Assembly (NCBI GenBank): GCA_964035545.1 | Contig: OZ037772.1 | Span: forward strand, 7,858,889 to 7,922,888 | DNA: 64,000 bases | Direction: 5' to 3' | DNA from: Bugula neritina | Lineage: Eukaryota > Animalia > Bryozoa | Shown here: piece by piece, positions 1 through 30,302 of the stretch | Numbering within the stretch: position 1 is the stretch's first letter | Layout: every line of letters starts with the position of its first letter | Translations under genes and position numbers: made by a program | Notes under the pieces: model-generated | What the model saw: only the letters and a program-made list of their open reading frames with translations | What the model was told of the DNA's origin: nothing | Database searches by the model: none

Positions 1-2175
1 TAGAATAGTTGAGAGCATAAATCGTAGAGTCTCCTATTATGTAAAGTGTCGATGATTCTCTAGATATGACAAAGTTTCTAGGATAAGGCATTCTGCATGT
101 ATTAATTGAACCATTTTGAAGCATACTACCATCAGTTTGCAAACGGCATACAGTTGACACAAAAGAGAGAGTCAAGTCTACAACTCTTAGCACATGGTTC
201 TTGTAATCTGTGAGTAGAATCGTTTTGTGGTCTAAGAAGTGTAAATATTTTGGTTCCCGCATTTTCGCACTGCCTAATGCACCGTCATTGTGTCCGAAGC
301 CAGAAATAAGAGTCTCGGGTGAGCTTTCCCAGTTGGAAGATACTCGCATAACACTGGAGTTAGTGGTAAAGTAAAGATATGCACCAGTAAGGTCAAATGT
401 CAGACCAGATATATTTTTGTTAATTTGAGCTATAGTTTGGATGGACCAAGTTGAGCCAACTAGAAGAAGGCACCTAATTCGCCCATCGAGGCTTTCATGA
501 AAGTAGATTTTTTTGCTCTCTGATGGTGATACAGCCATGCCAAATGGATACGCTACTTCCGCAGATGTAAAATCGCCATCCCGTATGCGTCGTATTTTAC
601 CGCATGCTCCAGTAAGATCACTGGTAATATTGGTTAAGCGATCAAGAGTTCTGAAGCAACCATTATCCTCGTCAGAGATCCATATATGTCGATTACTACT
701 CGGGCTCGTGGCTACTCCATTGATATAACCAAATCTTGACTGGCTCTTTCCACCATTAGCATGTCCTCCTATGTTTGACAATCCTCCTATATAGTGTGGG
801 GTTATAAAGTCACTAGTTGTGTAAATACCGTATCCAAACACCACCAAGTAATTTCCTTTTATGAAATCATCTGCCACTATGTATCTACACTGAGGTTGAT
901 TGATGTTTGTTGCAAACAAGTATTTCACTTTGTGAAACTTTATGCTACAAAAAAAGTGTTGAATTATGCAGCTTAAAAAACCTTGTCACTATGTTAAGTA
1001 TACATAAAATATCAACACACAGGACAGTTAAGGGCAACCTTTAGCTGCAGCTCCCATACTGAGGTTTGCATTGTAATCATATTCATATCATATATATAGC
1101 TTGCTGTGTACTTTGTTTATGTAGCACCCATAATGAAATGTTAATAGATGATGCAGCCATAAGTGAGGTTGCTGTTTACTGGTTGTAGTTAGATCGTAGG
1201 CTAAACACTTGTAGGTAGGCAACACACATGCTACTCACAGAGCAATATTATAAAAGAAGCTGAACTACATTTTGAAAGAAATTTCTGATATTTTTAGTAA
1301 GGGTGCCCTTAACTATTCTGAAAAGATTTATTTTTAGAAATTTGGCCTGAAAAAAATTTAGCTGTTACTAAAAGTTTACTATCTGCAAGTTGCTCATTGT
1401 GTATAAGTGTACCTGTTGATGTGATCTTTATACAAAGCCCCTCCATCTGTTGCATGCCAATACAGCTCTAGCTAAAACACAGTTTTTAAAGTTTATCATT
1501 TTTTTTTTCAAAAATTATTTTTCAGTTAAGCAAATAGATACAATGGCAATCATTTTATGATACTTAATTTTTTAGACATGAAACCATAGGTGTATGTCTA
1601 ATGAAGAGATTCATCTAACTTGGTTTGTTTTCAGGCTAGGAATTTTTATTTTCTATTGAGTCACTTTACTTTATTTAGTAAAAAATCTAGACGTTCACAC
1701 CAAAACTTAGATTTTCCTCAAAGTTGATGAAATTTACTTTGAGGAAAATGGGATAATTTTATTTGTTGATTCTGATAAAGTGTAGTCAAAAAAGCTAGAA
1801 AAGGGTCGTACAACATTAGTTTGCCAAATGCATCTATTCAGACCATGATAATTTTTTCATTATAGTCCACACATCTCAATTTACTAAAAACATAGTAAAA
1901 GATATTTAAAATCAAGAGAAATAATAAAATTAACAGTTATCTTCATTCTTTAATATTTTTGATTTAGCTAAACTTTTATACATTTGCATCTATATTTTGA
2001 AAAGTAGTTAAAGAATGTAGATATGGAGTTTGTGCTAAATCAAGTAAAATGACCAAAATACGAGTTATCTTACAGCATACCTAAATTGAAACATACATTG
2101 GTATGATAGGTAAAATATTGAGATTGCAATAGCAATAGAAGTACTCACACAGATTAGTATTGCCAATAAGTACAT
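1..2175 (-). CDS. R1: NHL-like beta-propeller receptor, 5' part (stalk/TM/tail exons lie beyond the window start)
   Basis: Exons 2149-2175 (MYLLAILIC), 1413-1471 (59 bp, LELYWHATDGGALYKDHINS) and 1-944 (open frame IKFHKVKYL...SRFGYINGVATSP...WISDEDNGCFR...GHNDG...[12 protein letters not shown]...YALNYS). GT-AG sites and phases match the paralogs. Missing from the ORF track because there is no stop codon inside the window. Confidence 0.85.
1020..1320. mobile_element. Possible degenerate MITE in R1 intron 2
   Basis: Imperfect 22-bp inverted ends CAGGACAGTTAAGGGCAACCTT / AAGGGTGCCCTTAACTATTCTG. Confidence 0.4.
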
Positions 2176-3305
2176 TCTAAACTTATTTTTCGATATTCAT
2201 AATGCTTAAAAACACAAAATTTTATTCATAGAAGTTAGTTAACTAAACAATATGCATGTAAACTTAAAAATTTCAGTCATGCAAAGTATTTTGCATTTAT
2301 TAATTGAAAAGGGAAATATTTTTTGTCTGATTATGAGATTTGCAGAAATTTTTTTGGAATATCAATATATGACCATGTTGTTTTGTTTTATTGTACATGA
2401 GCCTAAATTTTTTCAGCATTTACATATTATTTGATAAATTCTTTTAAATTGATTTAGCAACAATTTTCTGAAACTTGACAAATTAAATTGGAAGTAGAGC
2501 TTTAATTGGTCTATTTTCCATTTTTTTCTCATCAAGCCATTTATTGGTTGCGCTATTCATACATTTCCTTATATGCAAATGCTTTGTGGTAGCTGGAGCT
2601 ATGCTTGATGAGTTTTATGTGCACTACAAGCGAAATATCATATGCATTCAAGCAGCAACACTTTACAAATCACAAGTATTTCTGGCCAGACAAAAATAGC
2701 TCTTTTGCGTTTTACTTGCTGTCAATATCTTATGCTATTTTTGTGTTTAGTATGCAGTTTAGTTAATTCTTCACAATAAGGTAAATATTAATTTAGCTCC
2801 ACATATAAAACTACAACTCAGGACCGTATGCCCATAATATGTTTGCAGTCATTCAGGATAGTTTCTAATAAAAGTTCATTCGTTAAATGTGCTAATTTGA
2901 CATAAGCTCTTAGGTAAAATCACCTCATCTTCTAATTCACTTTTTGATAGTTCAATATTGTGTTTAGTCATTTTATCACCTTCTACATATACATACAACA
3001 TCTTACTCTTGTATTGGAATAGTGTATCATGTGTAAGGATGTCAATAGAAACCTGCCTGTCCTCTAAAATTATGATAACACAACAGATTTAAGAGAAAAA
3101 TTACTGCATTGGCTGCCGATTTTATAAATAACCTTTCATGCACGGTACATTGCTCACAGAATAGTGTGTATGTCTGCATACACTAAAAAAAACTTGGGGA
3201 TGACAACTGCGGTCATAGCATAAGCCAATTTTTTTATGACGATATGAATTGCACCTGTTGGCATATTGATATATTGCTATGTCATATTTCCATGCATCAA
3301 TGTGT

Positions 3306-3622
<317 letters not shown>

Positions 3623-3825
3623 CTGTAAGAAATCCACAAAGTTTTTATCTTGTTGGTTTATTTTTAGTTTTGCTTCAAGTTTACCAAACTACATTAAACA
3701 CAAATACCAACTTCGTACTTTGCAATAGCAATGCACAATACATTAAAAATTACATTTGAAAAAAGGTAGCATAAAGCAACCGGAGGAATATGTATTTGGT
3801 AAGTCCTGCTGTCAAGATTTTCTAA

Positions 3826-6800
3826 TCACGGAGTTACGAGACTTGCATACATGTCTCCTTCATCAACTTTGATTTTTCCCATGGTTACTGGAAATGAACT
3901 ATAGACTGGATCAGGTATTGGGGCTGGCTGAGAGGGTATCTCTGGCTCAGCCGGCTGCTCAGGTAGCTAAGATAATCATAAATGATGTTAACAGATAGTA
4001 AAGTTAAGTCACAGTTTTTTTAATGAATAAATCTAACTGCTAACTTTTTTGATTGTACAAAACAAAATTTATTTTGGGGTTCTTTCCATTTCAATGAATA
4101 AAAATTCAACTACTCAAGAAACAATAAGTTGACATAAGTTTGTTTTTTGTTAAAGCAAACTGAAAGTTTTCATTGAATAATTACTAATATATTGTATCTA
4201 TTTGTCTGAAACCAATAAACCTAGCATGTAGCTTTGCTTGGATAAATCTTTTTTAGTAACTTGTTTGTGTATTGTAGCTTTTAGTCTAGTAATTTTTTTT
4301 ATTATCTTCAATTAAAATACTTAAGATTTTTGGGAGTTTTGCAAATAAAATATAATGTTTAGAAGAAAAGCTTTACACTGTTATTACCAATTATAACCAA
4401 ATTCTATTCAGCTTTTAAGCCTAGGGCCACAAGGTGCGTATTTTCGCATGGAAAATTGAAATCACAAGTAGCAACGGTGTCCACTGTAGCGTCAGTGATG
4501 CGTGATAAATAAAGCTTTCATTTTTAAATCGCACTCACTTTCAATAAAACGCAATTTACTGGAATGTAGCACTAAAATAAAGAAGTTGGGCTCGCTGAAT
4601 AACTATCAGCCAATTAGGTGAATGCAGAGCGACAAGTGCGAAGGTTTTCTCAACGCTCACAGTGGACACCTTTGCTACTTGTGATTTCAATTTTCGCATG
4701 CGAAAATACGCACAGTGTGGCCCTAGGCTTAATAAGCTATATTGGCAACCAGTTTGCATTTAGTTGCTGCAAGATGTTTTATAGACCCCGTTGAAATGTT
4801 GATTATAATGTTTTAAACAACTTTATTGGTTCAATTCATTTTGCTTCTAAGCAATAAAAAGATTGCAATAGGTTTATCTATGCAGAAAAATAAACTTGCT
4901 AGCGTGTGACGCCAGCTAGGCTTCATTAATATTAATTAGCTGCTATAAAATTGCATTAAATTACTATAAAGTTTAATTTAATTTGAAACAAATGACAAAT
5001 TAGTTTGAAAAATTGGAAACTATGCTATGTTAAAGGGTATATAGATGTTGTCTACATAATGTTATTGTTTCAAAATTAGCATACAAACTAAATCAACTAC
5101 CAATATCTTATTCAGATTCAAAACTGTGAAAGTGCTTACCGTGTTTGATTTGCTCATTTTTGGTGCAGAGTTGGTTTTCTTCTTGCTGCTGCGTTTGCTA
5201 TGCTCTTAAAAAAAACAAAATTGTTGCCATTAAAAAATTTTTGCAAGATATTTACTCACTTTTCTCAACTGCTAGAGAACATAGAGTTAAAAAGGTAAAA
5301 CAATAATAGCATGTTGCTATTTGTGATTGCATATAAAGCTCAAATTGAATTCTTCAATTAAAATTTGAAATAATTTTTAAAAATACCAGTTGAGTTGAAA
5401 TTGCAACAAAGTAGCTTGTTGCAATTGAATAAAGGAAAGTAATTGGCCCATGTTATTGGTTTACTGATTTTTAACAACTTGCAAAAAAAGATAAAAGTTA
5501 AACTCAAACTGAGGAAATTGATTTATTAGTTGATTACTTTTTTTACCACAGAAAGTTTACTATGAGTGATTGAGTGACATTTTGCCATCTCCAAGATTTT
5601 TTTTGTAGTAGAAATAACCTTTGAATAAATATAAATCTGCCAAGTAATCTTTAAGGAAACTATTAGGCTGTGCAGTATAAGCGTGTGGAATACTAAAATA
5701 ACCCAGAATTAAAACAACTAACAAGTTTAAATATACAGACATCAAAAGAAGCATGCTATTGATTCTAGTATTAAAAAAATATATATGTGCTTTAAATAAA
5801 ACAATCGATGAAAATTTTTTTACTGTTCATCAATGAAGTTTGATCAATCAACTTGTCTTTATAGGTTTTATATGATGGCATGTACTATGTGTTTGGTGAT
5901 TTTTATACCTGTGCACATCAATGTAATACTGTTTTTTAACTGCTAAATTACAACACTGCATCAATTAAATATTTTTAAACAATATTGACAAATATGCTCT
6001 ATTGACTAATAACACATGAGGTAGCAAAATATTTAAAAGCTAAAGATATTGTGTTAACGTTAACCTAACTTTTCGTTTTTCTGCACAATTTCACTTACTT
6101 GATCCTTGTAAAAAGTTTTTATCTAAAGCCTTTCAAATTTCATGCATTCATAGGTTTAGATTAGGCATGTTATTACAAAGTATTGATTTAATAAGTTCAT
6201 CAATTAGAATTTTTATATGTTATAATAAAGGTTAGCAACATACTTGACTTTTCCTCGGCTATTGGAGTAATTGCTCCAATGGATTCCTACAAAATTTGCA
6301 TAATTTTTTAATTATTACATAACAGATATTTTGTTTATAATAAAACTTAGCCAGTTTATAGTAGTTATCTCAGTGAGAAACCCCTGATGAAACAGTTTTC
6401 GTTAAATCGGGCTACGGACATGTTCAAATGATATACAGGAGCAATTGTGACTAGCTGATTTTCCTAACATCACCAATGGCCTTTGTCGAGGTTCGAACCC
6501 ACGACTTCGTGTTCACAAAGCAAACGATTTAACCTCTAAACCATGGCTGCTCCCTATTTTGTGTATAATACTGTGTATAAATAAGCTTGTTGAACAAGTT
6601 TAAATTCAACACTAATCCATTTTGCAATTGATTTAATACAAAAAAAAAACGTACCTGTATACCAGCCTGCCAGTGTGGTGTAATAATTTTTGGCTGTTCC
6701 ACTTTAATTGGCACTAGTTTTTCCGGCTCCTCGTAGTCTAAATATAAATTGGTAAAGATTTCATAATACCCAAAAGATTTCTAAAGTTTAAGAATTAGAC

Positions 6801-9679
6801 ATAATTTGTTCAAAGAGTCTCAAAAAAATAAGCTTGAGTTTGTATACATTGTCATTGAAAACTTTTACTAAGCAAACTTTCAAGGTAAGAAAGCAACTTG
6901 CTTTGATCATTTTCAAATGGAACCATTTTTCCTGCATGTTTTTTCTGGCATTACAGGTAGCTTTTAATCAATATAAAGACTAGAAATATTTGCTTTTTTA
7001 AACCATGTACTAATTTTTAGGCCTCTGGCTTTCTAAATGAACAAACCTAAAGAAGTTGGCATCTCTTAAAAACAGATTAAATGTTGTAAGAATCAGTTAG
7101 CGGCTTTGGGGTGCTGCCAAAATTTTATATACGGAGTCATCTCTGATGAGTTTGACTAACACACAATGTTACTGTTTCTCCAGTATTAAGTGTTGCAGAC
7201 AATAAATTCCACTACTTACTCTGTGTGCTACTTTGTCTCAAAGGTACAAATATTGCAGCTAATAATACCAACACAATTACTCCGCTCGCTGCAATAATGC
7301 CCATGTGTTCAGCTGAAATCAGTCTTTTATAGGTTGTAGTTATTACAGGTGCATCGGTGGTAGTAGTAAGTCCTGTTGATTAACACAATCATTTACTTGT
7401 TTATACATGGAAAGTTTAAAGAACATGTCAAGCAGTTTTAAGTTTGACTGTAGTTTCTATGATGTAATAGTCAAGACACTAGCTTGCATGATGCAGGTGT
7501 CCGGTTCAAATTTTGTCTTTGGTACAAATATCTTACCACCTATTTGACTTGCAGTGATACATAAATACTCTAAACAATTTAGGAGACCAGCAAATCCTAA
7601 GAGCTACAGCAGTAGAAAGAGATCCAGACAAAATCTCTATGGTTGTCATATGTTGAAATTACCCAACCCCCCCCCCCCATGAGGCAAGGGTTAGTACGCA
7701 AAGTTTTAAATTAGAGTTGATGACATGTAACATCAATTAAAAGTAATTATTTTACAAAAATATGAATAATGTTTTTTGTCAGAAATTAGTGTTCTCCAAT
7801 TTTAGAAAACATTCATAACTTATATAATAAAAACACTTTTACAGGCAAAAAAATTATATATACAAAGTTCATCAGATTTAAAACTGTGTGTGCAACGCTA
7901 AAATATTTATTCCGTCTAAATTGTCAACGTCTAAAACCTCACCTGAATATTGAAGAGAGTAAACTGAATAATCCCCAATGATGTAGATTTTCGAAGATTC
8001 CTTGGATACGACAAAATTTCTTGGAAGTTGCAATTTGCAAGTCTCAATTGGACCACTTTGGGCCATGGCATCATTTATCTGAGGGACGCATATAGATGAC
8101 ACAGAAACACTTTCTAAGTCAATCAACCGTAGGACATGGTTGGTGTGATCAGCAAGTAGAAGAGTGTTGTCATCTAAAAAGTGTAAGTACCTTGGTTCTC
8201 GTATACTTGAAGTCTCTATTGAACCATCATTATGACCAAAGCCGGAAAGAATTTTTTCGGGTGCACTTTTCCATGTGGAAGATAAACGAATAACACTGGA
8301 GTTTTGGCTAAAGTACAGGTATGAGCCAAGTGGGTCAAAGGTCAAGCCATATATTTTTTTGTCTAAGAAGTTTACTGTTCGGACGTACCAGGTTGGGGTG
8401 ACTTTTAAAAGACATCTGACAGTTCTTCTTTCGACTTCGTAAAAGTACACTTTACTACTCTCTGCTAATGATACAGCCATGCCAAAAGGATAGGCAACAC
8501 CTGCGTATGCAAATTTGCCGTCGACTACAGAGCGGCCCAAACAGTTTCCTGTAAGATCAGTGGTATAGTTATTTTCTCTATTTAGAGTTCTGAAACACCC
8601 ATTATCCTGATCGGAGATCCATATTTGTTTATTACTAATGGGGCTCGTAGCAATTCCATTGACATAGCCAAATCTTGAAATCTTCTGATCACCATTAACA
8701 TACCCCGCCAAACTTTCATCTCCGCCTATCTGATTTAAGTTTATAAAGTCACTGGTAGTATAAATGGCATACCCAAGAACTAATAAAAAGTTTCCTTTTA
8801 CATAGTCATCTGTAACTATGTAGCGGAAATCCGGACCATTATTATCAAGTTCTAACAAAACTGTTATTTCTTCAAATTTCATGCTAAAAAGTATAAAAGT
8901 ATTTCAGTTATACAATTATTTCACAACATTCCCCAATCTAAATTAGCTAAATAAATAGGAAAAACAAGAGAAATCAAGCAAAATTAAAAAAAAATTTTGA
9001 TTATTCAAGTGTATTTATTGATGTTTTACTAGTTTTGGGCAAAAGCCCATATTCATTAGCGGCTAAATTGTGAAAAATAGCTAAAAATTAAAAATTTCAA
9101 GGATGTACTAAATTAGGTAAAATGACCTTGATGCTAAAATACAAAAAATAAATACAATGATTGAATTAAACTTGATACTTAGGTAAGACCAACATAGTTC
9201 AGCAAATTATTATAATGTCACATAATGACCAAATTTACTAACATGCATACATACAAGTTTCCAATGTGTGACAATTTACCTGTCGGTTTGATTTTTGTAC
9301 AAAGCAGCCCCATAAGTTGAATAGAAGCTTAATTTTATCTAAAACATAAGTAACGCCATATTTATATTTTCATATTTCAAGTTTGCGGTGTATCGATATA
9401 ACATTTTTTGGTGAAAATAAAGTTCAATATCTTGGTGCATCATATACTCAAAATAGTCTATGTCGTTATACCACCGCATTTATGGTAGTTTTTTGAAATA
9501 TTACAGTTTAACTAGCCTAGCTCACTTTAAGCATGTCCTGATATGAATCTCTTTCCATCCAGTATAACATAAATCAAAAAGATATGATAGCTAAAATATT
9601 GAGACTTTTCAAAATGAAATATCAGTGTTCATATACTTACGCACGAGAAAACAACCAATAGGCACGTTTTGAATTTCAT
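3826..9679 (-). CDS. R2: NHL-like propeller type I membrane receptor with a bipartite Tyr-motif tail
   Basis: Exons 9641-9679 (MKFKTCLLVVFSC), 9280-9338, 7943-8883 (941 bp propeller), 7220-7372 (stalk + TM GIIAASGVIVLVLLAAIFVPL), 6655-6737 (NYEEP...), 6244-6286, 5140-5204, 3826-3966 (...DPVYSSFPVTMGKIKVDEGDMYASLVTP*). All GT-AG and in frame. Confidence 0.85.
4419..4728. mobile_element. MITE family A, copy 1 (R2 last intron)
   Basis: About 70-bp terminal inverted repeats starting GCCTAGGGCCACA, in a TTAA/TAA context; near-identical copy at 42480-42823; no coding capacity. Confidence 0.9.
6352..6554 (-). mobile_element. tRNA-derived SINE
   Basis: Minus strand starts GGGAGCAGCCATGGTTTAGAGG (A box) ... 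GGTTCGAACC (B box). The body is shared with copies at 11551-11740, 42829-43035 and a fragment at 12224-12290. Confidence 0.75.
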
Positions 9680-10333
9680 TTCCGATTCGCATAATACTTC
9701 AATTAAAAAAAATATTTATAAACAACACACAGTTGTAAATTTGAGAATTTCAAACATGCAAAATATTGCATAGTTGTTCTCAGTTTAAAGTTTTTAATTT
9801 AACATCCGCAAAGCACAAAGTTGTTTTAATTATCAACACAATTTTAATGAACTTTTAGTTATCGATTTTATTGGATGATCACATAAGGATTTAATTTGCT
9901 TTTCTGTTCCGCATTTGAAAATATTTTAGGTAGAATAAAAAAGTTTTTAACTTGACAAATTCGAATTGAAATTATTAATAATCTTGAGCTATACTATAAA
10001 ATTAACTTAGTTTTGACTTGTTTTCTTTATTAGTTGAGGTCGAGTGGCAGAACTTTATTATTTTGGGAGTTGTGCACTGCATGGCTGGAAAAATGATTAA
10101 CTTAAATAAATATCTTTATTATATATTGTTAATAGTTGTACAATGAACTTTATTATATGTCAGTTAGCTCTGACGTTTAGCTTTTACATCGCAGGCCACA
10201 CGATGTCTGAATCCACTAACTAGTTCTAATATGAAGCATCTGGTATCGACATAATATAACACTACATTGCTCATTTTTAAAAAGTTGTAAGACAGGAACT
10301 TAATATTATTTTAAATGAGCGTTTTTCTTGCAA

Positions 10334-10673
10334 CAGGGCTGTCCCACAGGCGGCCCCAGGAGCAGATGTGGTGTCAAACCTACATTTTTTGGCCCTCAAA
10401 GGCAAAGAACTAATATTATTTCTTACACGTACTGCACATAAATTAAAGCAAAACACCAGCTTTTAAGTGTCTTACTTATGCAAGAGCTAAAAAACATGCA
10501 GGCTGCATTAGCTATTGGAAATTTATTGTGTGATGATTCATAAAAACTTGGAATAAAATAATTTGAAAATTACTGACGCTGTGGCTTAGCACAAGCTAAA
10601 CTTCACAATGTGGCCCTTGTCACCAAATATTATTTTTCAGTGGCCTTCGATCTAAAAAGGTTGGACAGTTCTG
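10334..10673. mobile_element. Old hAT-like non-autonomous element
   Basis: Imperfect TIRs CAGGGCTGTCCCAC / GTTGGACAGTTCTG with internal GCGGCCC/GTGGCCC motifs typical of hAT MITEs; no clear TSD. Confidence 0.5.
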
Positions 10674-11368
10674 TGTAAAAACATGCATTCTGTGCCTGTA
10701 TTCTGTTAACTATACCTGCTATCATTGTTTAGCTTTGCATATTTGCTATTTTATATTTGCGCACAATCAACTATATTAAGTTTACAGTGTCTGTCATAAT
10801 CATTTGTAATTATTCATTGTTATCTAATAATTTCGTGTGCACACATATTAAGATGTGAAAAAAATTAAAACATTTATTGTTCAAATGAGATGAAACTTTG
10901 GTTTATGCTCTATTACGTTAGTGCTATGTGCACAAAAGTACAAGTATTGAATTGAATAGATTATGAAAAAATGTTTTGTGCCATGCAGAATGTGACCAAT
11001 ATACAAATTTTGTCTGTTCATATTGTGAGGGGGAAATACAAATAAATCGATACAATAAATACATTTTTGATTTGATATTTTTTTAGATTCTCAATCAATT
11101 TAGGGTAATTTTTAAAAAAATGTACAACATCAATTTTATGACAAAGTTTAATTATATAATCTGTTTATTAAGTTTAAGTTTTGATTACAAATTAAAAAAT
11201 AGTTAAACATTAGATTCCAAATCTTTAATTGTTTCATATTAATTGCAATTTTAATTAGTATTGCCAATAAACAGAATTTAGAAAAGAATATTTCAAAACG
11301 GCTTCATATATAGATGTCAAAATTAATTAGATTAGGTTATGATTAAGTCTTATCAAGATTTCTCAAGT

Positions 11369-16320
<4,952 letters not shown>

Positions 16321-17740
16321 TGCTATATCAATATTTTAACTAGAAATATTAATTTTTGAAAACTTGCTAATCAAACAATAAGGTTAAAACATTGATAATT
16401 TTATTTTGGTAGAATGTTTTGCATTCTGTCAAATTATTAAAAAATTCATTGTTGTTTTTTTGCCTCCTTTTTTTCAAATAAAAAGATGTGTATGTAATAA
16501 AAAACTAAAACAATTTGAATTTTCACTTAGTCCACTTTTAAGGTGTTAAGTTTAAATATTGATTTCAATATTTGCAAGTGTTGAAATACTCGAAGTTGAC
16601 TCAGAAAGTGTTTCCTTCAGTAGTACCCTAATTGCAGGTATAGTTAAACAGTGGCTGCAATAAAATCTACTTAGTTTTCACCTGTGTTCTGATTATTTGG
16701 CTTTATAAGTATCTTTTGATAAACAAAACTCATGATTGCACAACTAAAAACGTTTTGTTTGCAGTGCTTTGGTTGTTTTAATACAGATTTGCTGCTATAT
16801 ATGGAATTTTAGAGAAAAGTCTGTTTAAGATGGCATTAAAAAATAAGTTACATTCAAAATTCTAGAGAGACTTAGAAGCTGAAAGCAAAATCTAATGCTT
16901 CAAAAGCTCAACAAATAGTCCTTTCTCTTAAAACAATAGGCTTAGGAACATATAGAAAATAAAAATTCTACAATAATATAAATGAAAAACCTAAAAAAAA
17001 ACAAATGAAAGCTAGATCATATACTCTTTGAAAAACAGGCAGAGGACTAAGTTTCTTTTTGGGGTTTACCCTGAATGCAAACATTCAAATTTTTTCAAAG
17101 CATCATGGTTATACAATCATTCAATGTTATAAGCAATCTAAATGTATATAGAGCAAAATCAAACAAACCTATTTAAAGTAGTATCAGCAGGAAAATATTT
17201 CATTGCAGACCAACAGAACTATGTGAAGATCAGGCTTTCAATAATGATTCGATTAGTCACAGAATACTGGTTTGATTTAAATGATGGCAAGTTGAATCAG
17301 AAACTATGCAAGTTGTAACAGATTTCACACTAATCTTCCAAATGCAAATCATTATATACCTTTGTCATTTGAGAATTGTTTTTGATTAGATATAACTATA
17401 GGGTAAAATTTTTCAAACAGTTAATGACTTTTTATGACCAAATGGTTTCCAATTATCCTCAAGCTGTCAATGGACTACAACAATATAAGATTTATATATT
17501 TTCAGTTTTATTTTAAACTTGGCAGATTACATATAGTTTAGATATTGCTTTTTATAAATGATTTCATGAGTAAAAACTATTTTGAAAGTAATATGTGAGA
17601 ATATGTCATCAAAAACTAAAATAGCATAATTTATAAATTTGGCAATATGTATTTTGTAGGGGTTTCCCAAATTATTATGTCGGGCTTTACCCACGGAATC
17701 ATGTTGAAAATTTCCAAGTAACGATTTAGGGTTTTCCCAA

Positions 17741-22926
<5,186 letters not shown>

Positions 22927-24706
22927 TGTCAAATTAATTGAATATATAACTTAAAACCTCTTCTTTTTTCTAAAACATAACTAGTAAAACAATCAAATTT
23001 CAGCTTCAAAAATTTTATTCATGTAAAATATTCCACAATGCAACTGTTATATTTTCGTGTGATGGTCGCATATAGCACTTGACAAGATTTTACATAATTT
23101 GCAATAGTTTATATTAAAGATTTATCATTGTGTTATATTTACTAAGTAGAATCACTAAAAGTATAAATAGTAATAATAACCCAGCGCAATTCAGCAATTA
23201 GCAGTTTTTCAAGAACCACACAAAAATATAATTTTTTCTTAGATCGTACTGTTAAGAAGTGAACCAATATCCCTTAGTTTCTAGGCAGCAGAAAGAATGT
23301 ACTATAGATACTCCTGTAAAATTAGGAAAATAATATGCATGCTCAATATCTGAATAAACTATCCCAGTAAGTTATATATGTGGTAATACCTGAGGGCACA
23401 TACAGCCATGCATGTATTATGACCCACCACTCCAGCAGGATGTAAACACTACTATGTATTGACTCTTTCTTATACCACTGAACCTTAGTTCTATTGACAT
23501 AGGAAACATGTTAAAGAAGTACACAATTTAATGCTAATTTGCTGTATAAGCAGTTAAGTGTTTTAGCTTGCTCTGGAACACATCAGCCAAACTGAGAGCT
23601 GCTAGATACCTGGAATAGAATGGTATTAGCGAGACTCACAACTGGCGGAATACGAAAAAGTGCATAGTCTAACAGTCGAAAGTTGCACAATTCTTACTGA
23701 CGATGACATATACGTGTTTGAATCATAGTGGCGTTACTATGTGAAACTATTTACCAGTGAGTCGGTTGGGGGTGGGTTAGAGCACCCCCTCCTCAATTTG
23801 CTAAATTTTCAAGCAAAATTACCTTTTCTTTCCCAGCTTGTGAACTGTTTACACCTAGTTCAATCCATTGATTAAAATTACAGAAAAATACATTTTTTTT
23901 GCTGTCAGGCTTAATAAATGATTGAATATTTTGATCATTTGATTGTTAGTTCACATGAAGCTTGCATGACCTAAACAAACGCTCATCTTCATAGGAAACT
24001 TAGTAGGTACTTTGAGTTATAGAATACATGTAGCAGTTAGATAAACATATTACATGACATGAAAAACAGCCAACACTACTAACTAAGTTTTTTTATGTAA
24101 ATACTATGCTTCCATAGTTGTCAATCGATTAAAATTATTTCTTTATAAAAATTATCAAAGAGAATCAGACTGCATAGAACTTACTTTTAGGCAGTTATAG
24201 TAATCAAAACTCCCAAGTAATGCAAATATTTGAGCTAAGGGGTTTTTATTGTAAAAAAAAATATTCTGATGCAGTTTTCCAATCTAGTTCAATTTATATT
24301 TCACATTCAAATTAAATATTATAGGGTTCAATTTAATGAAAGAGTTGTTCAATAAAACATATAATTAAATTAAATATTATCACCAAATTATAACCAAACT
24401 ATTAATAATTTGTTGATATAAAAAATTGTGAGTATGTAAATTACAATTATACGACATTGGTTGTATATTTTTATTTTAAATTTATTAGATAAAATAACTT
24501 TCAAATATTACATCAACTTCATAAAATGCATGATCAACAGCCACTTTTGAAAATAAGAAGAAAATGCTGTACAACAAAGCAATCAAAGTAAAGTAGCAGA
24601 AGTTGTGTATTTGATAAAAGTCGTGTATAGAAAATCTTTGTCACAACTTCCATAAACACTTGCCTCATAGTCTTTTACATGTAGTTCTGGAAATTACATA
24701 ACATTT

Positions 24707-30302
<5,596 letters not shown>

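Noticed and set aside
6480-6554. tRNA-like sequence
   Set aside because: No complete cloverleaf, and it continues into a body shared with other dispersed copies, so it is a SINE head.
7878-8882. Assignment to teneurin, NHLRC2 or TRIM-NHL orthologs
   Set aside because: No EGF/YD, thioredoxin or RING/B-box domains, and type I topology; only the repeat type is shared, so no gene symbol is given.
8950-9125. Similarity to 25795-25965
   Set aside because: Old AT-rich interspersed repeat fragment in non-homologous introns; cannot be classified.
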